Below are positions 54,401 through 64,000 of a DNA stretch of 64,000 bases, in pieces. The DNA is from Antedon mediterranea (lineage: Eukaryota; Animalia; Echinodermata), in contig NC_092671.1 of assembly GCF_964355755.1 (NCBI RefSeq), positions 26,052,070-26,116,069 on the forward strand. Direction: 5' to 3'. The notes under the pieces are model-generated. The model saw nothing but the letters and a program-made list of their open reading frames with translations. It was not told the origin of the DNA and searched no databases. Position 1 is the first letter of the stretch; every line of letters begins with the position of its first letter. The translations under genes were made by a program, and so were the position numbers.

Positions 54401-57400
54401 GTGGTATGCCATTCTTGCGCGGATCTTTCACATTATAGCCGGCCTATTATTTTGATAATACTAATAATATTTTTAATTAGTTATCTTATATATCGGTTAT
54501 AAAGTAATAAGAATTGAATTGTAAATAAAGTATCCTTCTTGTTGTGTTTTTCCATCGTATGGACTGTACTGTAACTTTAATTTAAAGGGGCGCCCCAAAG
54601 CTACGTTTACTGTATGTTCTTTTAAATTCTTGCGTCAGCTATGATTTATTGTTAAAAAAAGGTTATGTCATGAATGGAAGTCTACATTTACACTTTATAT
54701 CATCATAATTTAGGGCTCACGTAAGACAAAAAATAATAATTTAGGGCCTACTCTGTGATATGACCTGTAGGTTACAGTAGGTCTACACCCGATGCGATGT
54801 AAGATTTGATACTAGCTAGAGCATGCGAGAGAGCCTCCACAAAATGAAAACCATCGATTGATATAGGCTTATTAGCACATGATGCTGAGGTGAGAACATT
54901 ATAGATTTCGGTAACGTTACTGTGTCAGGAAATGACTCTCTTTAATAGTTCTTACTGATTAAGCTAGCACATCGTACCACTTTATGATGATATGATGACT
55001 AGGTCTTCCGTAGGACATCACGATAATGTACTACTGCTACCGGGCCTGTGGAGATTCCCCTTAACGCTTACCGTACGGTCTCACGTATGGCCTTTTTACA
55101 TAAAATGGTGCAGTAAAGTATGATCATACTTACTATGTTTTTAAAAATTGTTTCAGAATAATTATTGTAATAATAAAAAATTCCGATGCATGACAAGATA
55201 TAGGCCTACTAAACTGTGCTTTGAAAATATCGGCATATCGCGTACTACATAATCTAAAAACACACATTTTATTAATCTTCATTTTTGATGTTTTTTAAGG
55301 AAAATATCTTTAACATGACATTTTGTAATTAATTTACACAGTTTGGTAACAAATAATACGTTATACTTTTATTCGTGAGTTGAGAGTTTCTCTAAGAAAA
55401 TGACTGCACATTAATTGTAAACAGGGTTGAAATGAAGTTTTATGTAGGCCTAGATTATCTAGAAAACAATGTATGTAGGCATATTTGTAAAATACTGAAA
55501 GTATTAAGTTTAAGCCTATAAGATGTTTAATTTTCACACCACCAGAAATACGGTGACAATTATCAACTCTTTGTGACACTCCCGTCGTACACCTCTGTAG
55601 TTTCTATCAGAACCCTTCTAGCATGGTTGACTTGACCCGATGTTTGGTTTTCTTTTACAATAGGCCTACACTATTATGCCTGTGGACGTTATTGTTAAAA
55701 CTCTTTCTTGTATTTCATAATCTATGGAGCATAAACTAACTTGATTTGTATAACAATAGGTACCAATACCGGTTCTACATTGTTTATATATTGCATTCCT
55801 TGTGTTACTTGGTGCCTATCGTACACCCTACATTCTGTCAAGGATTAGGCTTTAGTAGTGAAAACGTAATTTAGGAAGCCTCTTCAGTTATGTTTTCTTA
55901 CTCTTTTAAAAATCACAAATTGAATCATGATTGACCTAATAATTAATTGAATTGACAAAATCTGAATTCTCCAACAATTGCTTCATTAAGCTAGATATCG
56001 ATCTTTCTTTTCGCAAAACTAAAACTTTGTTGTTTTAATTTGTTTTTGTAATTAAGACAGGACCAAAATGTAAAACAGGTTTTTCTTTTTCCTGATTGTG
56101 TAATCCTGTTGTTAAATAAAAGAATAAAACAATTAAAAAGAGTATTGTTGAAAGTGTGTTGCCCTGTGGGTAGGCCTATGAACTGTGTAGGATAGTTATA
56201 ATTTATTGGTAATATCATGGACCATACTAATTTAAGGTTCAAGGTAATATCACACTCTATTATAAGGCCTAGGTCTAATCATCACCATACTCCCTCTATC
56301 CCTCCTCCGCTGCCAAAGTAATTTAATTAACTTTGTCATAATATTTTAATATTCATTTATGTTATCTACTTTTCTTGCAGATTTTTACAGCTAATGCTGA
56401 TGGTAAGGAATGAAAAACAATTATTTTCTTTAGGCTTAATATACTGTAGTCAATATAACAAAAATGATTATCATTATACAATATTATATAACACCTATAT
56501 AAATTCCTGTCATTTGATTGGACGAATGTGGGTCACATGGCGTGCAATAGTACGCACTATTCAACGATCGTTAAATAGTACTTTTTGAAACATTTTTGTG
56601 TACGAAAAAAAAACGTCTAGATGTTATATAAAACAAATAATGAATGTTTTGTATTCGTGTAATGGTACAAATAATGGCACTTAGTGAATGATGAAAGGTT
56701 ATATCAACTCGGCTTTGCCTCGTTGATATAACCTTTCATCATTCACCTCGTGCCATTATTTGTACCATTGCACTCATAAACATTCATTATTTGTATATTA
56801 TTTCACATACAGTATAAGTGCTACCTATTAAATAAATTATAGTGGGGGTTTTGGAGCGTACATGTTTGGAGAGGACCTAACAATTGTAAAACGAAGTTAA
56901 TAATTCATTATCTTTTTTTTCCAGTTATTATTACAAATATTATTCCTAATCTAATTTCTGGTGACCCGTTAATTGAACACACAACTTCTCATGCTATAAC
57001 ATCGTCGTTTATTATTGGTACAACGGCTGGAAGTGATTCCTTAACTGGCTCAAACCTGTGGGCTTTGGAATTCTTTATACGAGATTCTGCCAATGTTCTG
57101 GTGTCAGGAACGGAAGCTACTGCCACCCTAGTTAATGCCAATGTTGGTGTGACACCAGGACAAACATTTACACTTCAAGGAACAGCGAATTTGAATCTTG
57201 AAAATAGGATTTGTTCAGAATTTTCAATGTTTTGCGCTACATTGACGTCACAAGGCAGTTTTACTTTAACTCCAGACACTGGATACGACACAACTGTGTG
57301 CACTGCTATTGAATGTCAAGGTTCGTTAAGATTTATGTTTGGTTTTAGTTTAAGGTTTTATGGTATAGCAGTTGAATCACTTAAAAAAAAAACCAACAAC

Positions 57401-60400
57401 AGTTGTCCCGATACGTTGAGAACACAATGGTCTACTCAATAGGCTTACCTAAAAATACATATGATTTTTACCATGAATACTTTTACTCTTCTAACTTGAC
57501 TTTAAAAACATAATTTGCTTATAATAGTAACTAATATTTCTTTGAACCAGTTATGTTCCCCCACAACCATGTTGACATGAGGTACAGTAAATGATGCTTA
57601 CAGTACTGTATAGGTCTACATAGCCAATCACAGCTTAGTTTAGTGTAGTTTGTGACAATTTCCCTACAGTAGTAACAAATAATACGACAGAATATACTGT
57701 ATCTGTATTCATCCCTCTTGTGCTATCAAGTATGAACTATATACAATAAACTGCTGCTGTATCTATCTATCCTAATAATAATTGATTAGGTATTTTTACC
57801 ATCATTTGAAATGTTTATTTATTTTTCTTTAGGTGTGGTCATCACAAATGTTTTACCTGCTCAAACTTCAAACTCACCTTTGGTTCAAGGCACTAATAAT
57901 AATGATGTAAATTTGACTGTAACGTTGTCTTCTGACACATCATTTGCCAGTATACAAGGTAAAGTTGGATTTTGGATGTACAGTATAAAATTAGTTATTT
58001 TTATACCTCTGTAGTTGGATCATTTAAAATATCATCTAGACTGCAAACCTACAGTAGAACACCTTTTTTGTGACAACCCTGTTCAGGAGACACGCTCCTA
58101 CTAAGAGGACATTTTTTCCTGAAATGAACAAGGGCCAATATCTACAGCACTGTATTTGGAAAACACTTAGTTCTGAACATAGTAGTGATGATATACTGTA
58201 TATACAAATTAGATTAATAAAAAACCTAAAAAAAGAAGCTATGATAATATAATTAAGTAACATACTGTACCCTTTACAAAAGTAGCACAATGATCAAATT
58301 AAAAACTATACAAATTTTGATTTATTTCATATAATTATATTTATAATACATTTAAGGAACTGGTCTGTGGAAAGCAAGAGGCTTTTTGAATTCAGAAGTA
58401 GATGGAACTGGAACAAGGATTCAAGACCATGATGTTGACATGTTGACATCAGCAGATTATGGTCTTGACAATAATGGAAATTCAGTCTGGCCATTGGTAA
58501 TGAAAAACAATTAACATATATTTTGATATATTTCTACATCTCATTCCTGTTATTTGGATTCTCCCTCTGAGACATAATAAATAGTATTTAATTCTTTATT
58601 TTATACTCATTTCTAGCAATACGATAGTGAAACTGTAATCAATAGCCATGATAATACCGGCAATGGTCCACATTCACTACATTTTTCTGGTGGTAGACTA
58701 CTCTATAAAACGAAGGTCCAGTGTACACAAAATTGTTTGTGTAAAATAACTTTTTACTTTATCTTTTGAGACCAGTAGGGTTTTCTTACTTTACCCCGGT
58801 TTACTAGTTCACATACACACACAGCCACTGTTGTGGACAGACAGGAGAGGCCCTGAAATGGCAGCAATGAAATAATGAGAACCTTAAAGGAGAAGCATAT
58901 ACTTTAAAAGTTCTAAGTCACCTGGACAGCATTTTGAGCAATGATCATTGAAATGGCTCTAATGGATATATTTTGTTCAATTTTGCAGATACAAGTAGAC
59001 TTTGACCTTACATCTTTAAGTTGTTCGGAATTTGATTATGTGTGCATTGAAGTTCAACAAGGCACGAGTCCATCCCCAGCTTTTACTCTTGGCTTTACAC
59101 CAGACACAGCTAACATTGGCTGTGCTCAAATACAATGTACTGGTAAGTATAGTACATTTTCATAAACATTTTAAGCTACAAATTGAGCATGCTTAATCTT
59201 AGGGATCTGATGTGCAATGTAATCTTTCTGTACAAAAGGCCAGACATTTAGTTTTATTTTGAGATTTTGGTGGTATTTTCAGGCTTTTTGTGAAACAAGG
59301 TCATTGTGAAATGAATAAATAGAACAAATACTACCAAACTGTTGAGAAAAGGCATTGACTTATTTCTTTGGTTATTGCATAATCATTTTCTTGTGCAGGA
59401 ATTGTAATTAATGCTGGTGCAACTTTGACTATCAGTGAAGGTTTTTTGGAAGATCGATCAACAACCGTTGAATTTGATGTTACTTATCCTACTAGTAATG
59501 CTGGTGTTACTGGTAACAACTTATGGCAGGTCAACATTTATGCCAGTGCTACTGCTGATGGAAGTGGTACTCAGCAAAGTGCGCAACAAGTGATACTATC
59601 AAGTGAGTTAGTTGATCCAAGGCAATCTAACAACAGGACCATGAGCTCGCTTTCCAAGATAGGAACTTGTAACAGTCCTTTGATCTAATGTGTTGTTAGA
59701 TTGCCTTTATCCGTATGACATTTCAATGAAACAAATATATTGATTAAAACATAGACATAAAAGGTAAAAAAGATTATTACTTTAAGCAATGAACTACATC
59801 AAATTTATATTTATAGTAGTAAGTTTTAACTGTGGTGAATGAGAGAAAATATATATTGAACACTATTTTATGTTGTGAACAACTTTTCAAATTTCTTTCG
59901 CTTAGTTAACTTTGGATTTTATTTCTATAGCCGCCAATGCTGGAATGGATATAACAACTATTGGAGATACTTTAAGTCTAACAGGTTTAAGTGCTACTAT
60001 GGACTTTAGTGATCTTTACTGTGCAAGTGACAGTATAAACTATTTGTGTGCAGTGCTGTCAAAATCTAGTTCTGCTAGCCCCAATTTTGAACTGTCAGCA
60101 GCAAGCAATGATAATAGTGAATTCACAGTTTGCACCACAGCTACTTGTTCAGGTAAATTAACCATTCATAACAATTGAAAATCTTAGCTTTAAGGCGATA
60201 TAAATACTGTACTACCAATCAGGGGTGTTTTTTTTTCATGTTTCCTAAAGTTTGTGATTTTTTTACTACATCATTGTATAACAATATTAGAGTAACTGAA
60301 AGATAATAATTTTGTTTCCACCATTTTTATGTACAATATGCACTCTATCTGTCATTTTGTATAAATCAAAAAGCAGTTTACTGAAAAAATAATGTGGGTA

Positions 60401-63205
60401 TTTGTGGCTGGGTCTCAATGGAAATACAAATAAAATAAGCTAAATGAAAACAATTGTCATTTTTTATACATTAATGGAAATGTTTTTATCAACTGAACAA
60501 TTTATTCTAGGTGTATTAATATCAAGTGTGACACCAACCACCTCTGATAGTATTCTTCAAAATTGGGCTTCAACAATCTCCATTAATGTTGATCTCGCAA
60601 TCAGTAGTTCTGGTGGTAGTGTCAGCGGTACTGGTCTCTGGGATGCAGTAGTCTTCACTAGTGCTAATGATACAACAAGAACACCCATTGTTACTGCTGA
60701 TGTTACTGTCAGCACTGCAGCCATGAATGAGGATGCTACGGCTGGCTCTACTAGTACCTTGATAGGAATCACAGCAGTATTTGATCTGAATGCTACTGAA
60801 TGTGTGCATGCTCCATTCATCTGTGTCAGAATGGTAGAAGGATCAAGTTCATCTGTAGATTTTGACATTGATTCTAATAGTGTACTTGAAGGATGTTTTG
60901 TTCCCACTTGCTTAGGTAATACAGGCAGTATTTTAAAATTTTTTTCCAAATTTTTTTAATAGAAGAACCAGGTATAATTTCGCATGTTTGCTTGATCCTA
61001 GGACATTATCCAACGTTCTCCCCATCCTTAGATTTACAGTGAATAGAACTAAGAGATTTATTTTGAGTCCTGTTATATTTATTTATTCGTGAATACAAAC
61101 ATGTTTAGTAATACTTTTGACTACAGTACTACTCTGTTTCTGCATTCACTTTTTGAAAATAAAGGTAACAGTTTTACTATTGTTTAATTATATTTATATT
61201 CATGTTTAAAAAAAAGTTATATTCTATTTCAGGAGTAATGATCACTTCTATTAATATTGTTAGTGATGCTCCTGTCATCACTGAGTATCAAACAACCAGT
61301 CTTGATGCTGAGTTGGCATTGTTGGTTCTACCAGATGCAGATGGAGGCAGCGCCATCAATGGCCCGAACCTGTGGAAGATTGATATTTACCTTAGTGGAA
61401 ATTCTGATTGTTCTGGCAACAAAAATGCTCTAGAAGCTGGAACCCTAATGGACACCACTGTCACTCTGGTTGCTGGAAACATGCAAGCCTTTAATGATGT
61501 TACTGCAAGTCTAGACATATCTGCACTCATGTGTTCAGATATGGAATATATATGTGCAGATCTATCTCCTAATACTGGTCAAACATTCACAATGACACCT
61601 GTAACCAATACAGCTAGCCTTAGGACAGACTGCAGAGGTAGGTTGTATTATACAGTCTATTAGATTTAACATGCACTAGGCAATCTAATTGTAATCTAAT
61701 TATGTTTAAGTTATGTGAATCAGTACCATCAGGAAGGAAGAGTGAAATTATGTTATTTCATTTTTTCCTGGTGCCATATAGCTTTGTTGATGATCAAAAT
61801 GTATCCAATAGTTTATGTTACAACGACATTTGATGTTTATTTGTCTCTCAAGGTGGTGATTAAGATAAATGCAAAATAATACAAAAATGTATGTATGTGT
61901 GTACAGTCTAATTTTTGCTTAGAAAAGTGATACTAACAGTAAAGTACAGTCGAACAAATAAGGGATGTTTAGCTCTAGAGTCTAGTGTACTACTTATACA
62001 AAGTTGTAATTAAAATCATTCAGTAAAAGTAAATGGTAAACAGTAGTTTGAAATAATGTTGTTTAATTTATATTAATATACACAGGTACCCTTTAAATAT
62101 TTGGATGGTAAAGAATTGTTTAAGACAGTTTGTCAGTTTTTCTGTCACCAAGACAGATTTTTATTAATTTCATATTTTTTAATGATAAAGATAAAACAAA
62201 CAAACAAACAAATTCACTTGTCTACGATCGTTTATTGTTTAAACATAAACTTCATTGAAACTTTTAAATATAATACTGTATACATACTATTGTTAAAACA
62301 TTGTTCACATTCTATTTGTATATAGATAAGTACAGGGCCCCAGGGAAGCACAGCCATGTTTTGATCTGGGCCTCCGTGGAAAATAAAGTTGAATTAAATT
62401 GTAATTACTAATTAGGTTTATTTTCTTTACAGGCGTATTAATTACCACAGTAGCATTTGAAGACAGCTTAACAGTAATTGAGTTATCTATGAGTAATGAA
62501 AATCCAGTCGTAATAACAACATTAAACGTCACTTCTAGTGGAACTGGTGCATCTATTAATGGCTCTAGTTTATGGGAAGCAACAATATTTGTTAATTCAG
62601 ATGACAGCACTTTTGCAGCTGATCCCATTGGAACACCTGTAGTTTTAGATGAAATGGATCTAGCTGCTGGTGAAGTTAGTATTCAAATAAATAATTCTCT
62701 TTGTCTACAAAAAAAGATCTTATTCTTTTTATTGTCTAATTATCCTAATTACCCTTTACAGTTTGGCATTTAAGGGTTTGTCATAATACAATTATTATCA
62801 TTGTGGTCATGAATTTTTGCGCCTTCTGTTTCATATGCTCTTACAAATCAATTTTTCTGGGGTGAAAGTGCTGTACAAATATCCCATACAGGTACTTTGT
62901 TTTAGGTTAAAGTTTAAAACATTTATTATTTCACATGCTTATGAACACAGATATTCCGCATTCAAACCTTATATTTCTTTTTCCTACATTATTATTTCTT
63001 TGATGGTCTGTTTTTCCCACCTAGACAATTCAATTCACAAACTTGATGGCAGACATTGACATGACTGATAAAACATGTCTTGATGATGCGATGTACATTT
63101 GTGTCAAACTGAAACGGCAAAGCTCCTCAGATCCTGTCTTCAAATTATCTGGAGTATCAGGCTCTGACAATGATTTGATTGGTTGTCAACCAGTCACTTG
63201 TTATG
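51405..63205 (+). CDS. Uncharacterised secreted protein with at least 6 tandem ~135-140 aa Cys4 domains; 3'-incomplete in this window
   Basis: Exons 51405-51452, 56381-56402, 56925-57320, 57833-57958, 58357-58496, 58989-59142, 59399-59602, 59931-60152, 60511-60915, 61233-61637, 62433-62674, 63025-63205, phases consistent with no stops. Signal peptide MGNTKMFLPLFAVLFTIFTANA|D. Repeat consensus GVxI...GxxLW...C-x6-8-C...C-x4-C-xG. The first two exons are less certain than the rest. Confidence 0.85.
53124..54011. repeat. 51-bp minisatellite, ~17 copies, intronic
   Basis: Unit gtgtgatttgaacttgagtgacagtgcaccgaaggagaggggaacggagca. Confidence 0.95.
56481..56800. mobile_element. Second asymmetric-IR, terminal-hairpin element (Crypton-like by inference)
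   Basis: ttatataacacct (56484-56496) / agatgttatataa (56619-56631), then palindrome 56633-56794 with apex tc-ggc-ttt-gcc-tc. Confidence 0.7.
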
Positions 63206-64000
63206 GTATGTATTTTCTAACCATGATATTTATGTAAAATACCTTTTTATGTTTAAATTGTAGATAGATATATATTGTATTATTAAATTGAAATTAATAG
63301 GAGTTTTATTATACTTTAATAATTGTTATCTGTCCCATAATTTTACATAATATTGTGGAACCCCTGATGAATCTTTGTGCTTTGTAACCCCTCAATAACT
63401 ATTTTACTCCATTTATAAACTTTTTATTTTTTTTTTAACAATGCACAATTGTAGGCCTATAAAAGCATGATGATAATTGTTTCAATACTTACGTAATTGT
63501 ACTGGTGCAGTACCAATTGCTTCCTTGGGCTCGAATCTAACGTAAGCCATTAGCGCAAGCTTGGTGATCTAGAGTGTTTTTATTTTCAAGAACTTGAATT
63601 CATGGGTTTCCGTCTCACCGAAGAATTACTTGCAATTCACAAGTATTCTCAAATGTATTTAGAGTAAAGTTCAATTATGTCAGAGTGTAGGGCAAACATC
63701 CGACCAATTAACTTTTTCCTGGGAAAAAAGATCTGAGTTAAAAAAAGAGCTAATTTGCATTGTTGCAAAAAAAAAAGTTTAAAAAGTTAAAAGTTAAAGT
63801 TAAAACTTAAGAAAAGCCACTGCATTGTTTTTGTTTTACTATTGTATTTAATGTCTATGTTTGAATCACTGAGTGTACATACATACATGTTTGGTTTATG
63901 TTTATTTGTATGTAGTTTAAGTTGACTGTACCACTAATGAGTGTTGCCACTGATCCAAAAGTGTTTGTCAATAAAGTTGTTATAGTAGTTATTGAATTAT

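Noticed and set aside
60557-60949. Antisense ORFs over exons of the secreted-protein gene
   Set aside because: They are shadow frames of the + strand coding exons.

Overview
AT-rich, intron-rich animal genomic DNA, probably an invertebrate deuterostome such as an echinoderm (inferred from gene structure and repeat types, not proven). Four spliced protein-coding genes were reconstructed by hand with phase-consistent GT-AG junctions: PSMD13/Rpn9 (+, 6923-14231), neutral sphingomyelinase SMPD2-like (-, 24542-16749), AAMP/Sqt1 WD40 protein (+, 28111-45683), and the 5' part of an unrecognised secreted protein built from at least 6 tandem ~135-140 aa four-cysteine domains (+, 51405 to beyond the window). 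Introns and spacers hold many repeats: an Academ derivative nested in a P-type MITE, hAT/Kolobok/Harbinger/Tc1 MITEs, self-nested Helentron-like elements, Penelope, L2 and Rex1 fragments, tRNA- and 5S-headed SINEs, and four tandem arrays. The most unusual signals are the unrecognised repeat-domain protein, two unrelated elements sharing a hairpin with regular TC/TC mismatches, a triplicated 53-nt motif in an L2 3' UTR, a 5S head next to a SINE body also found behind a tRNA head, and TAGGCCTA enrichment outside housekeeping gene bodies. Family names come from motif recognition only; no searches were run.
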